DNA of 64,000 nt from Patescibacteria group bacterium (GTDB lineage Bacteria; Patescibacteriota; Dojkabacteria; JAKAPS01): positions 11,289-75,288 of the forward strand of contig JANWIC010000008.1 in assembly GCA_025450075.1 (NCBI GenBank). Direction: 5' to 3'. A model generated the notes under the pieces. That model did no database searches and was not told where the DNA came from. It saw only the letters and a program-made list of their open reading frames with translations. Every line of letters begins with the position of its first letter. The stretch's first letter is position 1. Shown here one piece after another: positions 39,871 through 50,207 of the stretch. A program made the translations under genes and the position numbers.

Positions 39871-40263
39871 ATGAAAAATATTTCAAAAGAATATACAATT
39901 AAGGCACCCGTAGAAGAAGTTTGGAAAGCTCTAACTCGAGCAGAATATATTGAAGAATGGAGCGGTGCAGCTGCAATTATGGATGGAAGACCTCTTACAC
40001 GCTTCACACTTTGGAATGGAGATATTTATGGAATGAATATAAAAAGCATGCAAAACCAATTGCTTATTCAAGAATGGGCAGAAGCCAGTTGGCTGATGTC
40101 TACACGAGTCACTTTTACTCTAAAAGACTTAGGGAATAAAGAGACAAGCTTGACGCTACTTCATGAAGGTGTTCCTGATGAAAAGTATAACAGCATTAAT
40201 AAAGGCTGGGATATGTATTATCTTGGAGCCATTAAAGATTTTCTTGAATCAAAATCCCGTTAG
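39871..40263 (+). CDS. SRPBCC/AHSA1 domain protein
   Basis: APVEEVWKALT..EEW, TSLTLLHEG, GWDMYY. Confidence 0.88.
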   Translation: MKNISKEYTIKAPVEEVWKALTRAEYIEEWSGAAAIMDGRPLTRFTLWNGDIYGMNIKSMQNQLLIQEWAEASWLMSTRVTFTLKDLGNKETSLTLLHEGVPDEKYNSINKGWDMYYLGAIKDFLESKSR

Positions 40264-40326
40264 GTTTCATACAGAAATTACCCCTCTCCCCATGGTATCC
40301 TGTTAATTGCAAAGGAGGTGATGAAA

Positions 40327-40521
40327 ATGGCAGTCAACCCAATACAACTTGAAAAATTTCTCAAAGGCGCTGATTATCCAACAGATAAGCAGAGCTTAAT
40401 TAAAATTGCTCAAAGCAACCAAGCAGACCAGGAAGTTATTGAAACATTAAATAACATGCCGGGAGATCAATTCAACTCAGTAAAAGATGTCAGTAAAGCA
40501 ATTGGAGCGGAAGATATCTAA
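40327..40521 (+). CDS. DUF2795 family protein
   Basis: FLKGADYPTDKQSLI..A..N.A; SD AAGGAGGTG. Confidence 0.88.
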   Translation: MAVNPIQLEKFLKGADYPTDKQSLIKIAQSNQADQEVIETLNNMPGDQFNSVKDVSKAIGAEDI

Positions 40522-40836
40522 TTAACAATCATTTTCTTCTTCCCATTTTGTTAAATGAGCCATAATTTCTTTTAAGGATTGGCCTTTTGGGGTAAGGGAA
40601 TATTCAACATGAAGAGGTACTTCTGCAAATACCTTCTTTTTTATGATACCATTTCTTTCTAACTGCTGGAGTCTTAATGATAAAGTTTTGGGACTGATCC
40701 CGCTTAAAGCATATTCTAATTCGCCGAAACGCTTCGTACCTATGCATAAATTGCATAAAAGCGGGATCGTCCACTTGCTTCCAATTATTTTTAATGTTTT
40801 AGTAAATGCAATTGCTTGCTTTTTATTCTCTGGCAT
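40522..40836 (-). CDS. HxlR-family transcriptional regulator
   Basis: IGSKW, KRFGEL, GISPKTLSLRL, EVPLHVEYSLTPKG. Confidence 0.92.
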   Translation of the reverse strand: MPENKKQAIAFTKTLKIIGSKWTIPLLCNLCIGTKRFGELEYALSGISPKTLSLRLQQLERNGIIKKKVFAEVPLHVEYSLTPKGQSLKEIMAHLTKWEEENDC

Positions 40837-40952
40837 CTTAGTGGAAATAATGTTTAAGAGAGTATATATTTATACTTCACAAAGTGCAAGTACTTTACAA
40901 AAATAATTAGCAATGCTATAGTACGACTGCTAATATCATTTTCAATTGTACT

Positions 40953-41903
40953 ATGAAACAAGTTATGTATGATGCACCCATGCTAGATTCCTATTCGAAA
41001 GTAGTTGTAGATATTGTTGAAAGAGTGGGACCTTGTGTAGTTAGTATATGTGTAGTTCGAAATGGAAGGATGAGACAGGAAACTTCAGCTGGATCAGGCG
41101 TAATAATTACTCCTGATGGATTTATTCTAACAAATAACCATGTTGTAGAAGGTGCAAGTGAGTTGGCAGTTAACTTTGTTAACGGGAATAGCATGAATGC
41201 TACTCTCATCGGCACTGATCCAACTATTGATCTTGGTATCATTCGAGTTAATTCTACGAATCTTCCAAATGCAACTTTGGGGGATGCAAACTTTCTCAAA
41301 GCTGGACAGATTGCAATCGCAATTGGAAATCCATTTGGATTCCAAAATTCAGTTACAACTGGAGTAATCTCAGCACTTGGAAGAGGACTTAGAAGCCAAT
41401 CAGGACACTTGATAGAAAATATTATCCAAACCGATGCTCCTATAAATCCAGGAAACTCAGGCGGACCTCTCGTAAATCATCGTGGTGAAATTATCGGCAT
41501 TAATACTGCTATTAATCACATGGCACAAGGCATCGGATTTGCAGTTCCTATAAATGATATAACCAAAAATGTTATCGGGGAATTAATCATGCATGGAAAA
41601 ATACGACGTCCATATTTGGGGATTGCGGGACAACAAAGACCAGTTGGAAGGAAGTTTCAACGTGCCTATAGTCTGATTAAAGAAACGGTAATTGAGGTAC
41701 TTTTCGTTAAAGAAAATGCTCCAGCACAAAGAGCAGGTGTTAAACCGGGTGATTTTATTGTTTCACTTGACGATATACAATTATCATCAATTGATGAGCT
41801 TCACCATGCACTTTCACAAAAGAGTATTGGATCAGTTTTTCGTTTAGGTGTCATTCGAAATGATAAGTTGCATGCGCTCACGGTTATTGCAAGTGAAGCA
41901 TAA
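40953..41903 (+). CDS. HtrA/DegS-like serine protease with one PDZ domain and no signal peptide
   Basis: TNNHVV, DLG, INPGNSGGPL; PDZ PAQRAGVKPGD. Confidence 0.93.
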   Translation: MKQVMYDAPMLDSYSKVVVDIVERVGPCVVSICVVRNGRMRQETSAGSGVIITPDGFILTNNHVVEGASELAVNFVNGNSMNATLIGTDPTIDLGIIRVNSTNLPNATLGDANFLKAGQIAIAIGNPFGFQNSVTTGVISALGRGLRSQSGHLIENIIQTDAPINPGNSGGPLVNHRGEIIGINTAINHMAQGIGFAVPINDITKNVIGELIMHGKIRRPYLGIAGQQRPVGRKFQRAYSLIKETVIEVLFVKENAPAQRAGVKPGDFIVSLDDIQLSSIDELHHALSQKSIGSVFRLGVIRNDKLHALTVIASEA

Positions 41904-41904
41904 C

Positions 41905-42405
41905 TTATTGCATAGTCAGCACTAGATATATCATTGCAAGACTGGTTCCTAAAGCCGCCATAACAAATTGTGCTACTATGAGGGAAGAGAATAGCATAAC
42001 CGCAATTGCTGGAATAAACATGATAGACGCACCAAAATAGTACTGAGGTTTTTTCTCAATAAATCCGTTTATAATAAAACCTAGGGATAATAGAATCATC
42101 CAAAAAACCCCTAAAGTTATTTGTAACGATGCCAAAGCCTGAAGATGGAAAACAAGAAATGATATGAACAAACCCAAAACGATCACCGCTATCCAATTAA
42201 TAAATATTGCCTTCATAATTTTAGATTGTAATGGCATGACACGAAGCATGTATCCAACACCAATTACGGAAAAAAGAAACCATACACCATTAATATTTTC
42301 CGATTGATAAGCGTTTGTTGCTAAAAACCCAACAAAAAGTATACCTGCCCAAAGCAGATAAACTTTGTATCGAGTATTTTTAAGCATTAATCCTAAATTC
42401 ATCAT
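41905..42405 (-). CDS. hypothetical membrane protein
   Basis: About six TMs. Confidence 0.7.
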   Translation of the reverse strand: MMNLGLMLKNTRYKVYLLWAGILFVGFLATNAYQSENINGVWFLFSVIGVGYMLRVMPLQSKIMKAIFINWIAVIVLGLFISFLVFHLQALASLQITLGVFWMILLSLGFIINGFIEKKPQYYFGASIMFIPAIAVMLFSSLIVAQFVMAALGTSLAMIYLVLTMQ

Positions 42406-42442
42406 ATCTACAGTAACAAATTTCTTTTATTTAGACAATCCT

Positions 42443-44251
42443 CTATATTTTACCTAATTTTTTAGCCAACTGGGTAGTTTCTTGCAACAAGTTATCAATA
42501 TCTTTCAATCCATCTTCCCAGAATTTTTCCGAAGTAATATCAATACCAAGATTTTTAAAAATATCTTTTGGAGAAGCAGAGCTACCTGCTGATAAGAAAT
42601 CAATAACTTTATCAATAAATCCCTTTTCCCGTCTTACTGCAAATTGTAATGATTTTGATATCAAAAGTCCGCTAGCATAACTATAAACATAAAAATATGA
42701 ACGGAAATGGGAAACATACATCCACCAGTTTTGTGATCCCGCTGTCAACTCAACTGCCTCTCCCATATAAGAAGTCATATGTTGAAGAAATAATTCCCCT
42801 ATTTCTTCTTTTGTCAGATATCCCTTTTCCCGGTACATCTTATGCAGATCTGTTTCAAAGTTATAGAATGCAATCTGCCGAAAGATAGTGGCTATCTGTT
42901 CATCTAACTTTTTAACCATAAGAGATAATTTCACCTCATCATCTGCATCTTGTAGCAATCGTTGTAAAACGAAATCTTCCATAAATGTACTTGCAACTTC
43001 AGCTGTACTCATCGGAACACCAAAGTTCAAACCATTCAAATTCTTTCGCATTAACTCATTATTTATTCCATGTCCTGTTTCATGCGCAAGAGTAAGAAGA
43101 TCATTAACTTTACCTGTAAAATTAAGTAGTATATAGGTAGCTTGGGACAAAGATCCTGATGCACAGAATGCTCCTGAATCTTTTCCCCTATAAGGAAAGA
43201 CATCATAATGACCTTCTGTTAAAAAATCCATCATTATCGATCCGAATATTGGACTAAGATCATCAAGTGTTTGGTGTACAAGTTCTGCTGCTTCATCCCA
43301 GTCATATGTTTCATTTATCTCACCATACTCAGCATTTCTGTCATAATATTTTAATTTATCAACCCCCATCAGTTTTGCTTTAAATGAATAATAATTTTGT
43401 GCTATTGCAAAGGAAGAAGAGACACTTTTTACTACCGCTTCCACGACTTTAATATCCATATCATCTCCCATTATCCGTGCTTCATCAGGACGAGAGTAAT
43501 GACGAATTTCATCTGAAACTTTTTTATCTTGCAATACCGAATTTATTTCTGCTTCAGCGACATCTACATTTTTATCAAGAATACTATTCAATCCATTTGC
43601 TGCAGATTCTCTTACTTTCCTGTCTTTACTTTCTAAAAGTCCCAAGATAGCTGCAAAGCTAAGTTTTTCATTCTTTCCATCTTCTGTAAGTACTTTACGC
43701 TCTTCTTTTGCTAAAAAACGATTAAGCATATCAATCCAATTTCCATAAGATGCCCTGCTTTTTAAAGACATAATTTTTTCTTCGTCTTCCGTAAGAATAT
43801 GTTTTGCGAATGCAAAAAGGCGTTCTAAATAATGATGATACTCTATGAGTGTAGGGGATTGGAGAAATGATTCCTGTATATCCTCAGGTATCTTGGATAA
43901 ATTGACTTCAAAAAAATTTATTTGGTTTGAAATATAAAGAGCAAAATCTCCTGCTTTATTTTCTTTTGCTTTAATCTCAGTATTATTTTGGTCTAACTCC
44001 GATTTTAAGCCAAAATAATATCCTTCATTCCCGTCTCCACTATACTTTGCTGCCCATTCTGCCAAGGTATCCAAAGCTTCTTTTAAAGCACCTGGATCAG
44101 TTAGATAAGAATTATCATTTCGATACGTCTCTACAAATGCTTTTGTCTTTTCTTCAATGATTTTACGTTCTTTTTGAAAATCTTCTTCATTCCCTGAGGG
44201 AAGAAGCAATGAGAAATTCCAATTGATTGGATATCGATAAGTTTTTACCAT
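42443..44251 (-). CDS. pepF: oligoendopeptidase F (M3B)
   Basis: GKDSGAFC, TLAHETGH, AEVASTF, HF..YFYVYSYA. Confidence 0.92.
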   Translation of the reverse strand: MVKTYRYPINWNFSLLLPSGNEEDFQKERKIIEEKTKAFVETYRNDNSYLTDPGALKEALDTLAEWAAKYSGDGNEGYYFGLKSELDQNNTEIKAKENKAGDFALYISNQINFFEVNLSKIPEDIQESFLQSPTLIEYHHYLERLFAFAKHILTEDEEKIMSLKSRASYGNWIDMLNRFLAKEERKVLTEDGKNEKLSFAAILGLLESKDRKVRESAANGLNSILDKNVDVAEAEINSVLQDKKVSDEIRHYSRPDEARIMGDDMDIKVVEAVVKSVSSSFAIAQNYYSFKAKLMGVDKLKYYDRNAEYGEINETYDWDEAAELVHQTLDDLSPIFGSIMMDFLTEGHYDVFPYRGKDSGAFCASGSLSQATYILLNFTGKVNDLLTLAHETGHGINNELMRKNLNGLNFGVPMSTAEVASTFMEDFVLQRLLQDADDEVKLSLMVKKLDEQIATIFRQIAFYNFETDLHKMYREKGYLTKEEIGELFLQHMTSYMGEAVELTAGSQNWWMYVSHFRSYFYVYSYASGLLISKSLQFAVRREKGFIDKVIDFLSAGSSASPKDIFKNLGIDITSEKFWEDGLKDIDNLLQETTQLAKKLGKI

Positions 44252-44292
44252 AGATCTGTGTAAAGTATTTTGATTCTACTATAATTTTTTCT

Positions 44293-44324
44293 ACAAAAAC
44301 AGATGCTTACGCATCTGTCTTTGT
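44293..44324 (-). terminator. intrinsic terminator
   Basis: ACAAAAACAGATGC-TTAC-GCATCTGTCTTTGT. Confidence 0.7.
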
Positions 44325-44345
44325 CCAAACCCTAATGAAGGGGTT

Positions 44346-44594
44346 TTAATACTTTCGTTGCAATGCTTTGCCGATCGCTATTAAAATTACTGCTCCAATA
44401 ATTGCTACAATAAGACTGTAGACGTTAAATGTTCCAACACCAGGGAATCCTAACAGATTCATAATGAAGCCGCCAATCAATGCACCAATAATTCCTAAAA
44501 CGATGTCCATAACAATTCCTTGGCTTGTTCGGGTAATTAATGAAGCTATCCAACCAGCAATTGCTCCGAAAATGATCCAACTGATAATTGCCAT
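44346..44594 (-). CDS. GlsB/YeaQ/YmgE (transglycosylase-associated) stress membrane protein
   Basis: WIIFGAIAGWIA..DIVLGIIGALIGG..AIIGAVIL; SD AGGAGG. Confidence 0.92.
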   Translation of the reverse strand: MAIISWIIFGAIAGWIASLITRTSQGIVMDIVLGIIGALIGGFIMNLLGFPGVGTFNVYSLIVAIIGAVILIAIGKALQRKY

Positions 44595-44647
44595 ACGTAT
44601 ATCCCCTCCTTTCTATGCGATAATATAAAGTAAGAATGTTCGTGTTT

Positions 44648-44758
44648 TTAGATTGCTCGCTTCTCTATTCGAGCCCTCCATCCATATGAATCTGTTCGTA
44701 TACACGGTTCTTTTTCTTGTACCCCTTTATATGATTGTGTTAATTGTTTAGAAAACAT
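44648..44758 (-). CDS. unannotated 36-aa microprotein
   Basis: MFSKQLTQSYKGVQEKEPCIRTDSYGWRARIEKRAI; SD AGGAGGT upstream. Confidence 0.6.
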   Translation of the reverse strand: MFSKQLTQSYKGVQEKEPCIRTDSYGWRARIEKRAI

Positions 44759-44867
44759 TTGTATTTGCACCTCCTCTCATTGTTTTCTAGCATATTCTTA
44801 TTAAGCTATTTATTCAGTAATGTGCATGACCAAACGCATGTAATTTTATTCACACTCATCTAAAAAC

Positions 44868-44892
44868 AAAAAAGAGAGGCGCAAGCCTCTCT
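44868..44892 (-). terminator. intrinsic terminator
   Basis: AGAGAGGC-TTGC-GCCTCTCT plus T-tract on minus, directly after the 32-aa ORF. Confidence 0.8.
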
Positions 44893-44896
44893 CATT

Positions 44897-44995
44897 TTAT
44901 CTAGATATTTCTTCATTCCATAAACTATTTAAAATTGAATTTCGTAATTCTTTTTCTAAATACTTTTCCCTGCCTTTTTTTCCTTTTACACTCAT
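44897..44995 (-). CDS. unannotated 32-aa microprotein
   Basis: MSVKGKKGREKYLEKELRNSILNSLWNEEISR; SD AAGGGGGTGA; followed by a terminator. Confidence 0.6.
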   Translation of the reverse strand: MSVKGKKGREKYLEKELRNSILNSLWNEEISR

Positions 44996-45083
44996 GGCAG
45001 TTCACCCCCTTTCTCTTCTTACCTTACTCTATTTCCATTGCTTTTCTCTGTAAAGAATCATTCCAAAATTATGTGAGAGAAAG

Positions 45084-45115
45084 AACAAAAGCAGATGTTG
45101 CCATCTGCTTTTGTT
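45084..45115 (-). terminator. intrinsic terminator
   Basis: AACAAAAGCAGATG-TTGC-CATCTGCTTTTGTT. Confidence 0.8.
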
Positions 45116-45130
45116 TATATTGTCGTTGAT

Positions 45131-45325
45131 TTATTGGTTCGAGCTGGGTCGAGACGCCTGTCCTCCTTTCTTTCCGGCTGCCCTTGCTTCTTCAGAATTC
45201 CATTCGTGTGCAGTGCCTTGTTCATGTGCTGCCCTTCCTCCTTTACTTGCAATTTCTCTTTGCTTTTTCGGGTCCATTGATGCAAAGCCTCTTCCCCTAG
45301 ATTTACCATTATTCGATTTTGCCAT
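45131..45325 (-). CDS. KGG-repeat general stress protein (YciG/GsiB-like)
   Basis: RGFASMDPKKQREIASKGG..AHE..EARAAGKKGG; SD AGGAGGTGA. Confidence 0.93.
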   Translation of the reverse strand: MAKSNNGKSRGRGFASMDPKKQREIASKGGRAAHEQGTAHEWNSEEARAAGKKGGQASRPSSNQ

Positions 45326-45514
45326 TATCCATTCACCTCCTTTCTATACATACCATCATAAAGAAGAAAATGCAGCCAAACAGTAAGGATAATCACATTA
45401 GATGAAGTAATCAACATTACAATTCTTGAGCATAATTGATTACAGAACTAATGGCTCAAGCGGTATATCCTTTATATATAATTTCATAGGCGAAATGAAA
45501 GGAGGTGTATTTCA

Positions 45515-46234
45515 TTGAATCTTGATACCGTAACAAAATCATTTAATTCTGTTGTTAGTACGTTTATCAATTTCATACCGTCTCTTATTAGCGGAGTCGT
45601 TTTGATCATTCTTGGTCTTATTATTGCGGCAATTATTAGGTCAATTGTAAATAAGGTGCTGCAGTCATTAAATTTTGATGCACTTGCTGATAGAGTCGGC
45701 ATTGGTAGATTTGTAGAAGCGACAGGAGTAAATGCAGACCCGATCAAGATAATCAGTAGTCTTGTCTACTGGCTTGTCTTTTTGATATTCCTGAACTCTG
45801 CGTTAATTGCTATGCATATTACCGCATTTTCACAAATTCTGAATGCTCTCTATTTGTATATTCCGCAAGTGGTTGCGGCAGTAATTATACTTCTTGTCGG
45901 TCTTGCCGCTGCTAATTTTCTTGCCGATATTATTCGTGGGCTTGTCGGATTAACAAGAACCGGTTTTCAAAATATACTTGCTGACTTAACAAAGATAGTC
46001 ATCATGCTATTTACAATTCTTGCAGCGCTTCAGCAATTGAACATTGCGACATCACTCTTAAATATTTTATTTAGTGGCATAGTGATTGCCATGGCTCTTG
46101 GAGTTGGTCTAGCTGTGGGAATTTCGTTTGGACTTGGAGGACGCGATCTTGCAACTCAATCATTGACAATGTTTCTTCAATCCATACGTTCTTCCACACC
46201 TGTTGATCGTAACGACAGAAGAACAAAAAAATAG
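45515..46234 (+). CDS. TM-helix repeat protein (CmpX / MscS N-terminal-like)
   Basis: Repeated P.L...ILI.GL..A helices, GISFGLGGRD; TTG start with SD AAGGAGGT. Confidence 0.8.
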   Translation: MNLDTVTKSFNSVVSTFINFIPSLISGVVLIILGLIIAAIIRSIVNKVLQSLNFDALADRVGIGRFVEATGVNADPIKIISSLVYWLVFLIFLNSALIAMHITAFSQILNALYLYIPQVVAAVIILLVGLAAANFLADIIRGLVGLTRTGFQNILADLTKIVIMLFTILAALQQLNIATSLLNILFSGIVIAMALGVGLAVGISFGLGGRDLATQSLTMFLQSIRSSTPVDRNDRRTKK

Positions 46235-46259
46235 GATAAGGGGATAAACCCCTTATCCT
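46233..46259. terminator. hairpin between convergent genes
   Basis: AGGATAAGGGG-ATAAA-CCCCTTATCCT overlapping both stop codons. Confidence 0.65.
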
Positions 46260-47896
46260 GGTACCTGTATAATTTCTCCCCCAATATTTTTTACAAAATA
46301 TGTATCATGCGATACATAAAGTATTGCTCCAGGGAAATTGTGTAAGGTATTTTCCAATTCTTCAATTGAAGGAAGATCAAGATGGTTTGTCGGTTCATCA
46401 AGAATGAGGAGATTAGGATGGCTGATCATCATCTTCATAATTTGAAATCGGGCTTTTTGTCCTCCTGAAAGTTTCTCAATAAGTACGGATCTGTCTTGAT
46501 AAGGATCGAAAAGATAATCAGCAAGTAATTTGCTTAATTCCTGGTTATTCAAACCTTTATCATATATCTTTTGTATTCCTTCCTCAAGAGTCTTTCCCAA
46601 TATTTCCGGATCAATTTCCTGTTCATATATTCCAATCCGTGCATGTTCATTCAAAATTATTTCTCCGGTATAGATTTTGCCAGGAAAGATATTTTCTCCA
46701 TTCGTATTTCTTATTGCTTTGATAAGTGAGGATTTTCCAGCACCATTTCTTCCCTTGATCATGATACGGTCACTATGCTCAAGCGAGAATGAAATATTCT
46801 CAAAAATTGGCGAATCATATCCCAAAGAAAGATTTTTTACCGTAAGGAGGGTTCGCTTGTACTCATCAGACTTAGATTTTGCTATTCGGATATTTTTATC
46901 TTTGTATTTATGATACCTCTCCAACACATCATCCCGTATGAGTTCTTTTGATTCCTGGTCAATCCATATAGATGGTTTATCAAGTTGTGATTTTATCTCA
47001 TCATATTGTCTCTGCAGCCGTTCTTCTAATTTCCTTGCAGCAATACGAGCTTTTGTTGATTTTACCGAAAGTTTCTTTTCACGTGCTGCAATAACTTGCT
47101 TATGGAGTTTATCTAACAATCGAAGCGATTCTTCATAAGTATTCATCTTCGATATGGTTTTCATGCTATTTTGTTTTAAATAGACATCATATCCACCTTT
47201 ATACACATGTGCAACATAGTCTTTAATCTCAATTATTTTATCAACTACCTGTAGGACATCTCGATCATGTGTAATGACACATACTCCCATTGATGTATGA
47301 GTTAACCATGATATGAAGGCGTCTTTTCCGACATAATCCATATGATTAGTCGGTTCATCGATAAGGGCAATATCTGCTCCAGAATACATCACTTTAACAA
47401 GCTCCACATATTTCTTCTCTCCACCAGAAAGTTGTATTAATGGAGAAAGTATAACTTCAAGGCTTAAACCAAATGACATGAGAGCTTGATAAATGACATC
47501 TGGTAATTCATAATATCCCAATTCACCGAATTGATTGACAGCTTGGGTATATACATGGATCTTTTCAAGATCATTTCCCATCATTTCAGGATAAGTATCA
47601 ATTATTTTTAGTAAGTCGCGGTAATGTGGTACGTCGTCAAGAATATAATCAAGAGGTGTTGTATCGAGATAAAAAATCTCTTGCTGAGTAAGAACCATTC
47701 TGATTCCTTTTTTCAATTCGACTTCACCTTGATAATCCGTATCTTCACCGTCAAGGATATGAAATAGTGTCGTTTTTCCAAATCCATTTCTTCCGATAAG
47801 GGCGACTTTTTCCTTTTCATTTATCTGAAGGTTCAACCCTTTATACAGAGTTTTTCCCGCTATTGTTTTTTCCAATTCTTTGCAATTAATCAGCAT
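46253..47896 (-). CDS. ABC-F family ribosome-associated ATPase
   Basis: Two ABC domains GRNGFGKTT / GRNGAGKSS, LSGGE / LSGGQ, DEPTNH; no TM. Confidence 0.92.
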   Translation of the reverse strand: MLINCKELEKTIAGKTLYKGLNLQINEKEKVALIGRNGFGKTTLFHILDGEDTDYQGEVELKKGIRMVLTQQEIFYLDTTPLDYILDDVPHYRDLLKIIDTYPEMMGNDLEKIHVYTQAVNQFGELGYYELPDVIYQALMSFGLSLEVILSPLIQLSGGEKKYVELVKVMYSGADIALIDEPTNHMDYVGKDAFISWLTHTSMGVCVITHDRDVLQVVDKIIEIKDYVAHVYKGGYDVYLKQNSMKTISKMNTYEESLRLLDKLHKQVIAAREKKLSVKSTKARIAARKLEERLQRQYDEIKSQLDKPSIWIDQESKELIRDDVLERYHKYKDKNIRIAKSKSDEYKRTLLTVKNLSLGYDSPIFENISFSLEHSDRIMIKGRNGAGKSSLIKAIRNTNGENIFPGKIYTGEIILNEHARIGIYEQEIDPEILGKTLEEGIQKIYDKGLNNQELSKLLADYLFDPYQDRSVLIEKLSGGQKARFQIMKMMISHPNLLILDEPTNHLDLPSIEELENTLHNFPGAILYVSHDTYFVKNIGGEIIQVPG

Positions 47897-47968
47897 ATAT
47901 AACAAAACAATGCAGTTATTGTATCATAAAGCAACAATTAGATATAATCTGGGTATTAATTTACACAT

Positions 47969-49024
47969 ATGCTACTGGGAATAAAAGATTGTGAACCTTT
48001 TGTCACCAAAAGAATTGAAGAATTACTTGATAAAGAAATTCATGCATCCCAAAAATTCGGTAATTTCCTTCCTGAACATATTACCTATTTTAAGAAATTA
48101 TCAACAGTAAACGGCAAACGGGTACGTGCTTATCTTATCTATCTCGGTTCACAACTTTTTGCATCAAATGAAGAAGCAGTAATGAGTAAAGATGTTCTAG
48201 ATCTAGCAGCAGCAGTGGAAATTTTTCATACCGCTATTCTTATCCATGATGATATTGAAGACCAGGGCACGATTCGAAGAGGAATTGACACATACCACAT
48301 CTTTGAACAAAAAAAATATAATTCAAAACATATTGGAGAAAGCCTCGCTATTGATATCGGAGATGCAGGATATTTTTTTGCGGTCGATATTATAGCAAAT
48401 ATTTCCAGCATGCCAGTAACTGACAGATTAAGGACGATGAAGATGTTTGCTCGAGTGGCTATAAACTTATCTTATGGGCAGGCATTTGACATCATCTCTA
48501 CAATTACCCATTCATCAGATATTTCATTTGAAAGGCTTTTAGATATTTGTAACTTAAAAACAGGAACATATACTTTCCTTCTTCCGCTGAAGATGGGAAT
48601 GGTATCTTCAGGCAATTTCAGATATGCTGATACAATAAATGATTATGCATACCATAGTGGTATTGTTTTCCAATTAACTGATGATATATTAGATATCTTT
48701 GCTGATCCAGAAACAACCGGGAAAGTAAGTTGCGGTGACCTTCGTGAAGGAAAGATAAATGGGATCATTAAAAAGACACTAGAGATGGCGGATAAAGGAG
48801 ATAAGGCATATATCACATCCATACTTACACAAGAAGAAAAAGATATTGATACTGAACGTGTAAGAGAGATTATAAAGCGATGTGGAGCACTTGATACGCT
48901 CCATGAATATATCAATTCCCATACCCAATCTGCAATACAATCTTTGGAAGGAATTGAAGGGCAAGAGATGGTAAAAAAGAATTTGAAAAAGCTTGTCTTA
49001 TCTTTGCACGGAAGAAATTCCTAA
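47969..49024 (+). CDS. trans-polyprenyl diphosphate synthase (GGPPS-like)
   Basis: GKRVR, HDDIED..RRG, GQAFD, KTGTY, FQLTDDILD, GDLREGK. Confidence 0.93.
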   Translation: MLLGIKDCEPFVTKRIEELLDKEIHASQKFGNFLPEHITYFKKLSTVNGKRVRAYLIYLGSQLFASNEEAVMSKDVLDLAAAVEIFHTAILIHDDIEDQGTIRRGIDTYHIFEQKKYNSKHIGESLAIDIGDAGYFFAVDIIANISSMPVTDRLRTMKMFARVAINLSYGQAFDIISTITHSSDISFERLLDICNLKTGTYTFLLPLKMGMVSSGNFRYADTINDYAYHSGIVFQLTDDILDIFADPETTGKVSCGDLREGKINGIIKKTLEMADKGDKAYITSILTQEEKDIDTERVREIIKRCGALDTLHEYINSHTQSAIQSLEGIEGQEMVKKNLKKLVLSLHGRNS

Positions 49025-50151
49025 CCGATCCATTCCTTCATTAATGATGCAAATGTGTCATTTTCTATTGAACCTCTAATTTTTTCACATACTTGTGCAA
49101 GCATTGCAACATTATGGATAGATGCAAGCGTATTTGCTAACAATTCGTGTGAACGGAACAGATGACAAAGATATCCTCTTGAATAGTTTGTGCAGGTATA
49201 GCACTGGCAAGTCCTATCTATTGGAATATCTTGCATCGCATATTCTGCCTTGCTTATCCCCAGCCGATATTTGTTTTTTTTGTTTCCGCCCTCAGCTGGC
49301 GAGATGAGAAGTGCTCCATTTCTTGCAAGTCTTGTAGGTGAAACACAATCAAACATATCAACACCTCTTGCTACAACCTCAAAGATATCATCAATATCTC
49401 CGACTCCCATTGTATATCGAGGCAAATTACAAGGTATTTCATCAAGAATCCAATCAAGAATTTCTTTTGTCCTTTCTTTGTTGTACCCGATTGTCTCGCC
49501 CCCAATCGCAATTCCTTCCAGATTGGCATCCAAGGTCTTGTGGATCGATTCCAGCCTCAAATCCCTATATATCCCCCCTTGCACGATGCCAAACAAAGAT
49601 TGTTTTCTCTCGGGGTCTAGCGTATGCCATTCTTTGATACACCGGTCCAACCATCTGATTGTCCGTTGGGAAGATTCAATTGCATATTGGTAAGGAGCAT
49701 CATCTTTTATAGGCTCATCAAAAGCCATAATGATATCGGAACCGAGTACATGTTGGATTTGCATAGATATTTCAGGAGAAATATGATGCATAGAGCCGTC
49801 AATATGTGATTTGAAAAGGACTCCTTCGTCTGTCACTTTGGTAAGACCACCTGAGAGACTAAATACCTGAAATCCTCCACTGTCTGTAAGAATTGGTTTA
49901 TCCCAATGCATAAAATGATGAATGCCGCCGAATTTTCCAATAACATCCATTCCTGGACGAAGATAGAGATGATAGGTATTTGCAAGAACGATTTGAGATC
50001 CTGTCTCCGCGATCTGGTTTGAGGTAAGCGATTTTACTGTCCCTGCAGTTCCAACCGGCATAAAGACAGGAGTTTCAATCTCTCCATGCGGAGTTGTAAT
50101 TTTTCCTCTTCGAGCCTTTCCGGAAGTCTTTAAGAGTGAGTAACTGATCAT
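49021..50151 (-). CDS. tgt: tRNA-guanine transglycosylase
   Basis: TPVFMPVGT, DSGGFQ, GIVQGG, GVDMFDC, CQCYTC..H. Confidence 0.96.
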   Translation of the reverse strand: MISYSLLKTSGKARRGKITTPHGEIETPVFMPVGTAGTVKSLTSNQIAETGSQIVLANTYHLYLRPGMDVIGKFGGIHHFMHWDKPILTDSGGFQVFSLSGGLTKVTDEGVLFKSHIDGSMHHISPEISMQIQHVLGSDIIMAFDEPIKDDAPYQYAIESSQRTIRWLDRCIKEWHTLDPERKQSLFGIVQGGIYRDLRLESIHKTLDANLEGIAIGGETIGYNKERTKEILDWILDEIPCNLPRYTMGVGDIDDIFEVVARGVDMFDCVSPTRLARNGALLISPAEGGNKKNKYRLGISKAEYAMQDIPIDRTCQCYTCTNYSRGYLCHLFRSHELLANTLASIHNVAMLAQVCEKIRGSIENDTFASLMKEWIG

Positions 50152-50207
50152 AGGCTTTAGTAATCCTGCTGATTATATTATAATACACTGGGAAAAATAT
50201 ACTACGT

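Noticed and set aside
44935-45386. Alternative ORFs around the KGG gene
   Set aside because: Antisense or alternate-frame shadows without SD; the KGG frame has both a family motif and an SD.
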